From Veleropilina oligotropha (taxonomy: Eukaryota): DNA of 64,000 bases. Position 1 is the first letter of the stretch; each line of letters opens with the position of its first letter. Below are positions 1 through 12,100 of the stretch, one piece after another. The notes beneath the pieces were generated by a model. That model was given only the letters and a program-made list of their open reading frames with translations, was not told the DNA's origin and searched no databases. The stretch covers positions 1 through 64,000 of the forward strand of contig JBEUKZ010000070.1 in the NCBI GenBank assembly GCA_048128005.1, given 5' to 3'. The position numbers and the translations under genes were made by a program.

Positions 1-1067
1 ATCATACATGCATTTTAAATTGAAAAATACATTTATACGGGTGGATGGCCTAAGTGATGTTTTTTCACTGGCTAACTCCTAATTTTTTTTCGAAGTCAAT
101 ATCTGACACATCGTTCACTTGATATTGTAACGCAACTATTGTAGAACTCTTTTGTCATAGAAGCACCATTTGGTATGAAATTGGGTTTTCGAACGTTAAC
201 AATAAGGGAGAAAATTGCGATTGATTTAGAGAACCCGGATTTTGGGTTTTAGGGAACCCAAAATCCGGGTTCCCTAATTATAATATATATATATAAATGA
301 CAATCGGGGGGGGGGGGGCTGATCATAATTCCTATGACCAACACACCAATTTCATGCATTAATTTATTTATATAAATTATATTCAACAACACTGCCGAGT
401 GGATACGGTCACGGTTCAAGTCCCAGGTGTGCAGGGGATATTTCCAATGATCGCTGCCTCCATTGCACACAGCACCAATTCATCTCATCATTCTAAGTTG
501 ATTGACCTGAATTATAACTGAAATACTGTTGGCGTGGTCGTTAAACATCAATTCATCATCATCACCATCCATATAATCAATACCAAAGTAAAAATGTGCC
601 TTGAGCAACCGATGCAAACTTGACCCAAAATTATGAGTGCCAGTCTCTCGATGAAACAGAAACAACATGCACCTTTGGGCATAAAACTTCAATGCTCCCA
701 GAGCATCATTGATTTCTAGTTTCGATTTCATATAAACCTATCATTAGATTCATACCACCCATGGACATCCATGATGGCAGACGGGCTTGGGTTTAAAAAC
801 CTGAAATTGACCATGGCATAATATCAGTCGCGGTGATCAAACTGATAGTGTCTTCCGTATATTGTTTTTATAAGGATCAATGAATTCATAATATTTCCTC
901 CACCAGTAAAGGAGCAGCAAGGTCAAGCTGGTTTACAAAGCTGAAGGTCATGCATTCAATCCTCAGGAATACATGGGATTTTCACCATGATCGCTGCCTC
1001 GATTGCATAACGTAACAATTCATTTTATCATTCAAATTTGCTTGATCCGATTTATGACTGAAATCCT

Positions 1068-1335
1068 ATTGGCGTGGTAATTAATCCTGTTGGCATGGTG
1101 GTTAATCCTGTTGGCACGGTGGTTAATCCTGTTGGCATGGCCTTTAATCCTGTTGGCATGATCATTAATCCTGTTGGAATGGTCATTAATCCTGTTGGCG
1201 TGGTGGTTAATCCCGTTGGCTTGGTGGTTAATCCTATTGGCATGGTCATTAATCCTGTTGCGTGGTGGTTAATCCTGTTGGCATGGTGGTTAATCCTGTT
1301 GGCATGGTGGTTAACCCTGTTGGCGTGGTGGTTAA
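1068..1335. repeat. 21-bp minisatellite, ~13 copies (ttaatcctgttggcatggtgg)
   Basis: Direct periodicity; explains the 7-residue repeat ORFs on both strands. Confidence 0.95.
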
Positions 1336-2991
1336 GCATCAATTCATCCATCTCACCAGTAAAAAGATGTGAAGATAATGAGCAGACGTGTTCAAAAGAT
1401 TTATGATTGACACAATATTTATATAACAAATAATCATAATAAATAGGAAATTTCATTGTAGAAATAATCATTTAATTATATTATTTCATTCAATTGCAAA
1501 ACATTTTTTATAAAAGTTGCTATTAAGATCGATGTAGCATTAATCAAAACAGTTCACTTAGTCTAATAGTACAAATAATCTATAAGTAATATAATAGCAC
1601 TTATACACATAAATTGCATCAGGTTCTGATAAAATTGAATGAAAAGACACGCGCTATGAAATTAATGGTTGTTACCCGATGTCCATGGGACATCAAAATT
1701 ATACGTGGGCAAGTGTTGATTTTCATCCACATTCCGATAATTGCATGTTGGGACAGAAAATAAACTGACAGTCTAAAATGTTGTTATAATTAATAGGTCT
1801 TGACTGATGAAAATGTTTAAAGTTTGTCTAATATATATGCCACAGACAAACTAGATAAAGATATTACACTTTAACCTTTCATAAAAATAGTAGTTTGATT
1901 TAGGGTTCCTTATTTAATATTATTTAACTGTATAAAAAAAGTCAGATATGGCAGTGGATCATGAAATAAGCCATTCCATCGTTTTATGTTACCAAATACA
2001 TTGAAATAAACACTTTCTGAAAATTTTGTCATCGAATAAAATGATTAGGTGTTCTTTATAATAAAATATGTGTCACTGCCATCGAATGTGGTGAAGGAAA
2101 GTCGGCAACTGGGTTAGCAGTTGTGGTGTCATAACTGTGATTGATTGATTGATCTATACAACTCGTGTCGAAACAAAATCTTGCCATGAAATGTCACTGA
2201 GTTCACAGTAATTGGTGTTCAGACTGGCAGCATAGAATATTACATAATGAATCATCATGGAATATATATTATTATATATATATTGACCTCTTGTGTGAGT
2301 TTTATTTGCGATGGCACAAGTATTGAATGTGGCACAAGTTATCACAACCTTCTCATGATTTGTCCAAATTATGGCAGTTGTGGCGTCATAACTGATTGTA
2401 AGGTCACATGTCATGAAGAAAAGTTTCGTTGGACAAGCTCACCTTTGTGGCAATTTTAAAATATAGAATTTTCCTGTAATTAATTTTTTTTTGGAACTAG
2501 TTTAGCATATATTTAATGTTTGTATAATCATAATTCTAGTATGAATACTGCCATATTTGACTTTTAATAGAAAATAAAAATATTTCCGGTCAACATGATG
2601 GACCAATATAGAGTACAATTTATACATTTTGTGCTGAGTGTACATAAAAAAGTAACATTTTTACAGGCCAGTACTTTTTTAGATTGGGACAGTGGAAATT
2701 TAAGGTTACTTATTAATTGCTCTCCAAAAAAGAGGGCAAGTGGAATAAAAAGTTAATTTTAAAGGCTTCTTGTCAAGACATCAGCAGTTATACTAAGGTA
2801 AAGTCATTAACTATCAGCACTATAGTATATGCTTGACTCAAACAAATATCGAGAACCTACCGGTAGGCCCATGTGTTTTGTTATTTAAATAAATAGTAGT
2901 CTTTCATAAATGCAGATAACAGTACAACAATGATATAACTTGTGAATAACATTGATCACTTTCGACATGAAATCTGAATATGAAGTGACAA

Positions 2992-3157
2992 TCAGGCCAG
3001 CAGTCCATTGGCTTGCATAGTTCGAATGTTTCGGAGCGCTTTCTTGGCCACTGCGCTTTTGGCGATCCTGTAGTTCCTGCCGACACTGCTGAACACTCCC
3101 TTTCCCACGACCGTGACCGTCACTCGGATCTTGCCATCCAAAGTCCTCTCTGGTTTC
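2992..3157 (-). CDS. DICER1: Dicer last coding exon (dsRBD, TGA stop)
   Basis: tacag acceptor, then [54 protein letters not shown]. This frame is absent from the ORF track. Confidence 0.95.
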
Positions 3158-6100
3158 CTGTACATTCAAATCATCAGAATTAATCTGAGATATCAATTAT
3201 ACGAAGTCATTTTAAAGGCAAGTTGTCAATATATTATATTGACAAAATTGTCAATGCACCTCTTGAATTAAAATAGTATACTTTTTAATTCATTGTCATG
3301 CATACTGAGACATAAAAGTTACCTCAAAGTAAATGTAAACAATTATACGTTTTAAAATTTCTGTTTATTCTGAAGTTAACGAAATGAACTTGCTCAAATC
3401 TCTAACCTCATTACTTACTCGAATTTGGCTGTTTCCGGTTCTGTTTCCAAAAGCTCTCGCACCGGTGACATCGGAATGCTTTTTAGGTATTTTTCTGAAA
3501 AGAAAAGTTACATTTTTATTGAACACTATATGCAATCATGACATAAATTATTATTCTTATTATAACAGCACTCAAGTTTTACTTATTAATATTTATTTCA
3601 TAACGTTGAGTACTCACCATAATTAATATGTGTACCAAGTTTCATGAAGCTAGACTGTTCGGTTTTGGAGATATGTATAATAATGTGTTCACTGGTGTTC
3701 TGTACTTTCAGGTCCCGTTTACTCAAAGCTCCTTAACTTAAGATTTCCTTATCCTCAAATCCGCTGAGATTTTTCCTCACCTGAGGAAAAGCTCAAATTG
3801 GCTTACTCAAAACTTCCTCAACCTCACCGGGGATCTCCTCAGCTGAGGACGAAATTTGAGGAAATTGTTAGCGATATAAGGGGCGTCTTTGTCAATTTTA
3901 CCATATTGTTAGCCCTTTTGTTACTGGTTTACTGTGAATTTGAAACTATTTAATACTGAAGGAGGCTTCAATTTGTAAATAAATGCAGCCAGCTGCAAAA
4001 GTTATGTAAGCTAACAATGTATGGGTATATTTTTCAAAAATTTTAGGCCAGTCAATTTAGCATCAAAATGTGCCAAACCTTGACAAAATTGCAACAGAAT
4101 TTATCTGAGCATTTTTTTATTTAGAAATATGTATAAAACAACATACCAAAAGTATTAAGCTCTATGTAATGGGGAAAGGTATAAAATTCAGCATTAATGA
4201 TACCCTGTGCAACAAAATGTGTTTATCAAAATTTTAAGAGGCAGGGGTGCAATTTACATATATAATTATTTTGTGACTCTATACTACAGATTTAAATTAC
4301 AAATTAAATTGGTAATACGTTATTCTAGTAAGAAAACACAAATTTAATAAAAAATGAATTTGCGACGTCACAAATATATTGATTATCTCCCTTGACCCTA
4401 AGAAATTGCTTCAAAGAAATTAAGACACATTGCCACCAAATAATGATTTTAATATAGCAAATCCTGTATGATATTATTCTGGTCGTAGTTTTACATTATA
4501 TCAAATTAATTCAAGTAGTAAGAATTATATAATAGATTATCCTGCCCCCGACAACATTCTAGTCCATTCATTTGTTACATCACGTCACGTGCTGACCATG
4601 TAAAATAACCATATCTAGTTCTTACGTTTCATATCAGGTCAACGAGTACGGGTGGCGGGAAAACGAGGTCACTCAAGGACATTTTATTACTTGTTTATCG
4701 TAATGTTGATGTTGTCGATTTTACACCCGTAAAACATTGGAAGTTGTCGGTGATTATTCGTCTGAAAGATATTAAGTTGCTGTGGTGAAAAGTCGTCAAA
4801 CAGTTCATTAGTGTCGACTGCAGAGAGATGCTCGTCAATAACGCCGAGTGACGTGTTGTTTACGATTGACGAGGATTTAGCGGGAATGCGGCCGGATAAT
4901 GATTGTTGATGACGGTAACAATATATTTATTTATTTGCATTTCTCAAAATATTACGTAATAATATATTTGCAGGTCGTCGACAGGATAAATACCTTACAT
5001 AGTTTGTTAGTGACCGAATACGGATTTTACCGGGGTCAGTTGAAATTTGATATTGGGCTCGGCTGTCGTCTCGCCCAATATGAAATTTCCACTGACCCCG
5101 GTAAAATCCGTATTCGGTCACTAACAAACTATGTAAGTTATAATATTACAAGAAGTGACTAAAAAACATTCATCGGCTTAATCGATACGATTTATTTTGA
5201 ATGGCAGGAGTAGGCTACAATTCTCATGAATAATCGTTTCGTGACTAAGTACAAGACACTCTTCGTATATTGGTAGTATGTTACTCTAGGACAAAAAGAC
5301 AACTTTAATAAAATGTAACGCATTATGACGTCACAAATAGGTTGGTCAAAGATAATCCATTATATGTAGATATTTAACTAAGATTTTGATAACAAAATCT
5401 ATATCTCACTATTTTAATTATCTTTGATACATCATATTAAACTAATATGCTTTATATACAATATTACATAAAATTGTGAAAAAACAACAATTCATTTTAA
5501 GACTTATTCGATATGCTAAATTTATATGATTGAGTAAATTTTTATTAATACTAGACTAGTGTATACGATCAATCTGTTTATAACCATGCATGTATAAAAC
5601 ACTTGGCAATATACCACACCTACATAAACATAGCGTTAATAAAATAAATACAATATACGATAATGGTTTTGCAAATAGGTAACCTTCCTTGACGCAAGGA
5701 AAATAATAACTTTAGATACTTCACCACCCAAGAAAGATTTTTACACAAAAAAGTGTTTCTTGTATCATGTGTGTGTTGCGTTATATCGAATGTAATAAAC
5801 TGTAAATAATAAATTAATGCACAAAGTGACAACAGTCAATAAAAAGGTGCGAAATTTTAGAGTGGGCACCTGAGCACAACGTCCACGTCATTGACTTTTG
5901 AATGAATTTTCGGATGCGAAGCAGATCAAGGCCTTCATTATGCGTACCGCACCATAGAGAAAGGTAATGAGATTTTCACCTGCGTTCATTATTTCCTCTC
6001 TCTTTCTCTCTGAACTCGCATACAAGAATATGTTGACAATATGAAGGAAATGTGGGTTCGAGGAAAGATTCATCAGGGCAGCACTTCTACCTGTGTCATA

Positions 6101-9100
6101 AATCCTCGAGGTTGTGTCAATCCAGTCAGGGCGTGGAAGACAGGAAGCATATATTACAGGTCCAAGAACTTCCTTTGTATATTGGATGTCCCAGATAGAT
6201 GTAGTTTTCCCTTTGGTTTGAAGAATTGCTATTTGGAATCAGCATCTACTTAGTAGCATAATAGAACCAGAACTCATCTCCGACGAATACAACATTTCTA
6301 GATTATGACATTTTGACGCCAGTTTCAACAGTTTATCAGCAACGCTATCTGCGTGGATGGCCTTAAACAAGGGCGAATGCAGCATTTTGAAAATGAGGCG
6401 GTCCAACATTTAAGAATTATACTATTAACTTTGACAATTAGCGGTGTGAAACGCACTATCCTGCATTATAACAGTGCAAAGCGCGATATTTCTTACCTTC
6501 AAATTTGTGACTGATAACACCCCCCCCCCCCCCCCCCCCTTGGATCCTCTCATGCCAAATATTCGTTTTCGTTCAATTTCTTAGCAAATGAAATTAATTA
6601 TCTGTGATAATATCCCTTTGGATCTTCTAATGTGAGTGATGTCCTTCGTTGAAGACTGATTTTAATAGCCATAAAATATCAAAACTGCCTCTCTATATAT
6701 ATCGTTGCCTAATGTACTTGACGTAGAACTCACAAATGGGCACAAATGAATCGTCTCTGGTGCCAGGAATGCACTGTTGACGACAACGTAACAAGTGAAC
6801 CTTTTAAGATATGTTGACACTGGTATTTCCGGAACACCACACCCATCTATTTTCCATATCGCGTCTGCAATCTGTGGCTCAATCGCCTCTCTTGGCAGAC
6901 ATGTGAAATCAAAGAGAGACGATGGCACACAGTCACTGCACAGTTCATACCTAATAATTAATAGTTACCATGGTGTCTGAATTGACATTTTTGTCTGCAA
7001 TGGGTCCAGTTTAAATAGTCCGTAGACAATCATCATTTGCAAATGGATCTTGTTAGCGAATAAATCCTAGAATTAATATGCTATTTCATTTTTGTGTCGG
7101 AGTCTTGAGAGAATGACAACTCTTTGTGTTGATCGTCAATTAGCATTGAGTCCAACCTTTGTAACATCTTGAAATGCCTGGTTGATGTCAGTACATGCAG
7201 ATACTGACTACAACCACTTTGACAGGTTTGCTCGTTGGACGTCGTTCCTCATCCCCAGACAAGGCCATCAATGTCAGATTAATTCATAATGTCGGAAGAC
7301 AGACAAGCCCAGTTACAGTCGCTTCTACGCAGTATGTGGCGCACGATCTAGAACAATGTGTGAATATCCGGATGATCCGGCCTCTTCGAGTTGTCGCATA
7401 TTCATCAATTAGACATTTAAAAGCATACTATGCATAAAATTGCCCAGCGGCTTCGAAGTACAGTAGCATGGCATTTACAGCTTGAAGATGAAGTTTCCAG
7501 TTGCCTGTCAAGATATATAATTATCATCTTTGAATATTTCGGCCATATGTAGTTATGATGCCAAATGGTACTGAAGGGCCCAAAACTCTCACAGCATCAT
7601 TTTTAAGAAATGCGTCTACTTTACAGATATATCTCAGCCCAGAAGATCTATGAGATGCCTCATCGTGTGTAGGGAACTTTCCTCGGTTTTTTCTTTTCTG
7701 ATTCGAAGCCATTCGAGTGTCTACCAGTTCTCGTAACCATAATCCCACTCATCGCTGTGTGAAATAGGTATTATAGGCCTACACCCAATCTTAGGACGAT
7801 TGCATTCGATGAGACCTTTGTAGGTTCAATGCAATAATGTAATGGAATTATTGGTAACAATTAAAAACATAACAAATTAATAAGTACTGCATATTGGATA
7901 TTAATCATATGTCCTGTATATTTACAACCATCAAATTCAAGGCAGGACATGCCCATATTATCGCAGGAGGAAAGCCCATGCAGTCACCAGAGAAACCCAC
8001 CATCTCCGGCCAGTTACGGACAACTGCGTTTGTTAACTGAACAAAGAATGTTAATGCCGCTACCGAGATACGAGCCCACTCGTGCCAGTGACATCAGGGT
8101 CAGCACTCGATACCACACTACCGGAGCGGCCACCTAGCTAATGCCGAAGAATCTACGTTTTATCATACATATTTAAATATATATTGTTGATTTTGCTCAT
8201 AATATGATATAATCTATTAGACATTGTTTATTATATCATAACATTGTTGATGGAAATCATTGTTAATAAATTGATAGTATATATTTATAATTTCGTGATT
8301 GTCGACCAAATGTGGTTTCCATGGGCTTCCGTACATTTTTTGCAAACATGCAACGGCTTTGTAATCAATGCTTGCTTTTAACATCGAAAGTTTCAATCAT
8401 ATCGACATTTTTTCCTATTTATACACAGACATTTATTGGCTGGCATTCTTAATACATCATTGAGTCTTACATCTGATTTATTAATTGTTAGGAACGTATA
8501 CCGACAGTCACACCATGCAGTTCGAAGTTACGCTAGCAGACGGACTCTATATTTAGCACCGAAAAGAGTCATCTTTACATAAACTAGCAATGGTACCCGT
8601 CTTCGCCGGGTAAGTCCCCCCACCCCATTTTTTTTTTTTTTTTTTTTTGGATAGTGCTCCCTTAAATATTTTTTTTTTTCCCCGAATTTTCCGAATTTTT
8701 TTCGTGGTAAACCTTCCTTGGGGGACCCCGATTAACCCCCCAAAGTTTGAAGGTCCTAGGTCAAAGCGTCTGGGAGGAGTACAACTTGAAACAGACACAC
8801 ACACATTATTATATTAAGATTATATGAAGATATATAGCACTTTTTTTTTTGTTTGCCGAATTTTCCGAATTTTTTTCGTGGTAAACCTTCCTTGGGGGAC
8901 CCCGATTAACCCCCCCAAGTTTGAAGGTCCTAGGTCAAAGCGTCTGGGAGGAGTACAACTTGAAACAGACACACACACAATTATAGCTCCATTATTATAT
9001 TAAGATTATATGAAGATATATAGCAATTTTTTTTTTGTTTGCCGAATTTTCCGAATTTTTTTCGTGGTAAACCTTCCTTGGGGGACCCCGATTAACCCCC

Positions 9101-12100
9101 CCAAGTTTGAAGGTCCTAGGTCAAAGCGTCTGGGAGGAGTACAACTTGAAACAGACACACATACAATTATAGCTCCATTATATTAAGATGACCTGCACCG
9201 TCGGATATCGGAAAATATAACGTTTATTAATTTTGATAATAAATCGCTGAATACCACGTCGTGATTACACCGTCAATGACTTATATCATCATGTATTTGC
9301 GTTGGCACGGTTATTTTCTGACGACATGGACATCTTGTGTCTACATTAATTACCTCCCCTGTCATGTACGGAAACAGCGGTGTCCATACATATTTTGCAT
9401 CCCAGGGCCGATTTTATAAATGCAAAAAAAATATGTTCCCGTGAAAATATTTCTTAATACTTTTTACCAGTTATTGATGTGAGTGTTCTGACTCATTTCC
9501 AATTGAAATAAATTCTGTTGCAATTTTGTCAGGGTCAAATGCTAAATTGACTGGCCTATTTGAGAATATAGCGCCATGTTATAGTAGTATTAGATTAATA
9601 AATAACAATTTGTTGTTCAAAGTTATAAATAAATGGATATTAAATTTTGACAGGCTCTTGCTTTGGTCATACACACCCCAATAATCTAAACAAGAAAACA
9701 AATGGGTGCCAATAACATGAACTGAACTAGATCATCTAGAGCATCTGATGCCTAGTATAGTTGTCAATGATAGTTACTTTAGTAATAATATAGGATGCAA
9801 GTTGCAGTTTGTGGTGTGGGTAAATAGGGCCTATACTTAATATAATACTAGTACATGTATTGCATGCTATCTTTATAAAATATTTAGGCTAAAACTAATT
9901 GTGGAAATTTGTTATAAATAATATAACAAAAAAATGCCCACTTACCTATAATGATAATTATGCCCGAAGTCTACTTTTGAATATACATTCCGGTAATGAA
10001 CATGTTATACAATTGAATATTTTATACGACATCGATGCTTACATGTTATACGTTAAAATGCTAAATAAAAGGTTCATTTGTGCTCAAAGAAGGTGTATAG
10101 GCCTACGCATGTATTTTAAGGGTGTGATCAATGTTATAAAATATCATCTTTACAAATATGGTTGCTATAATTGTATCATTTTTTCGTTGAGTATGTCATG
10201 AAAAATAATTTGATAAAATAATATACATTTCCAGTCATGATTATATCGCCAGAGAGAGATATGTTGAACAAAATAAAGGACAAAATTTAAATTTCTCCAC
10301 ATACCGGAAAATGGACTTTCCATATGGGTACCGTACTACGTAGCTTACATCGCACAGCTGTGTTTACATGCATATGCAAATAAACTGGTTGTGAAAGTGA
10401 AAAGTAGCATGTAGGCCTACTAGTACTACTGTATAATATTGCATGCTTAAATCAATCTATAAAATCTTATGCAAATCTCGTATGCCAATTGTTAGAGGTT
10501 CGGTGGTTATCTTTGGTGACACCGTTATATTCATACAATACATAAAATATTCTATTTTACATTAGAACAGTGTTGTTGTATTGGTTAAGGATGCTACCTA
10601 GCAGTCTCAAATATTTAAGGAACTAGAAATGTGTCCATCGGACACGAATGCCCCCACTGGCAGCCTTGACCATAGGGGCAGCAAAGATCGTTTTGTGGAG
10701 TTATTTACAGACAATTATTGGCATGGGTGAGTTGCAGAAGGGAAGTACGTATGATGATAAGCAAGTATATGAAGTATCAAGTCAATCCATGAAGGCAGAT
10801 GGAAGTTATAGCAGAATGGAATTACTCGCAAGCAAATACTGGTTCGAAGAGCTAAGTCATTTGACCTTGACCTTTGGCATAGGGGTGACATGGGTGGGTC
10901 GCAGAAGCGAAGTATGAATAATGATATGTAAGTGTATGAAGTATCAAGTCAATCCATGAAGGCAGATTGAAGTTATAGCAGAATGGAGTTACTAACATGC
11001 AAATTTTGGTCCGATGAGCCAAGTCATTTAACCTTGACCTTGGGCATAGGGGCAACATGAATGGATCGCAGAAGAGAAGTATGAATGATGATAAGCAAGT
11101 GTATGAAGTATCAAGTCAATCCATGAAGGCAGATGGAAGTTATAGCAGAATGGAGTTACTCACACGCAAATACTGGTCCGAAGAGCTAAGTCAGGGCTGG
11201 ACAAATCTCAAATTTTTACACTAGCCCAAGGGCTAGTTAGATTCCAATTTTCACTAGCCCTGCTCTATTTTATACTAGCCCGACTTTTATGACACAAAAA
11301 ACGATTCAAATGTGTATATTATACAGAACAATAGCAATATATTAAATCAACAAAAATAATATAGTTAAACAAATAGCAAAAATATTAAATACTAGTATTT
11401 AAAATCGTTTTAGTAATATGTATCATATGGTTTTAAGTCGATTATCATTCAACAAGACAGTATTGCCATTGGAAAATAACTATTAGCGCTGCAGTGAGGT
11501 AAATATATTAAACCAAGACGCATGATGATGTGCATGTACTATATGATGCTATTGCATTTCATGAGATTTTGGTAATTTTAAGGAATTTCCAAGTAATTTC
11601 ATCATTTCTTTTTAATTGTTGATTTATATTTATTGTCTGTATTGTATTTAAAATATATAGCAGAAAATTAAAAATTATGCGCAAATGTTAACTTTTGTTT
11701 GTGCACACAAAGTCATCAAACACATTCAAAAGAATAATATATTATGCTATAATTTTATAAATGAATTCACATTTTATAAATGAATTCACATTTTATAAAT
11801 GAATTCACATTTTATAAATGAATTCACATTTTATAAATGAATTCACATTTTATATCAGCATTGATTAGTTTGAAATAACTTGTTCAATGTTGCAATATAT
11901 AAAAAAATATTAGTTTATGCACGTACACTATATAATAAATTCCCAATAATTGTACTAGTATTTCTTCAAATACTAATATGCCAATAATCCTTGTTTTGAT
12001 TGGCACATGACGAAGGCTCTATTAAGCCTATCTAAACAATACTGCCAATAAAACACGCATTACTTAATATAGGTCAATTGTAATGGGACCTGCATTCAGC

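Larger units (their letters stand above)
4044..9558 (-). mobile_element. Degenerate Academ-type DNA transposon
   Basis: TAG...CTA termini; ~55-bp TIRs (taggccagtcaatttagcat...gacaaaattgcaacagaatttat); ttt on both flanks; broken transposase/XPG-like motifs inside. Confidence 0.72.

Noticed and set aside
249..900. Possible neighbouring gene or pseudogene fragment
   Set aside because: Short ORFs with no motif I recognise and no supportable exon structure.
1052..1471. Repeat-protein ORFs on both strands
   Set aside because: Products of the 21-bp minisatellite.
1660..2770. Short inverted and direct matches (for example ~1937-1963 vs ~2541-2565) and candidate poly(A) signals
   Set aside because: Too degenerate to define an element. 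AATAAA-like hexamers are common in this AT-rich DNA, so the Dicer 3' end cannot be placed.
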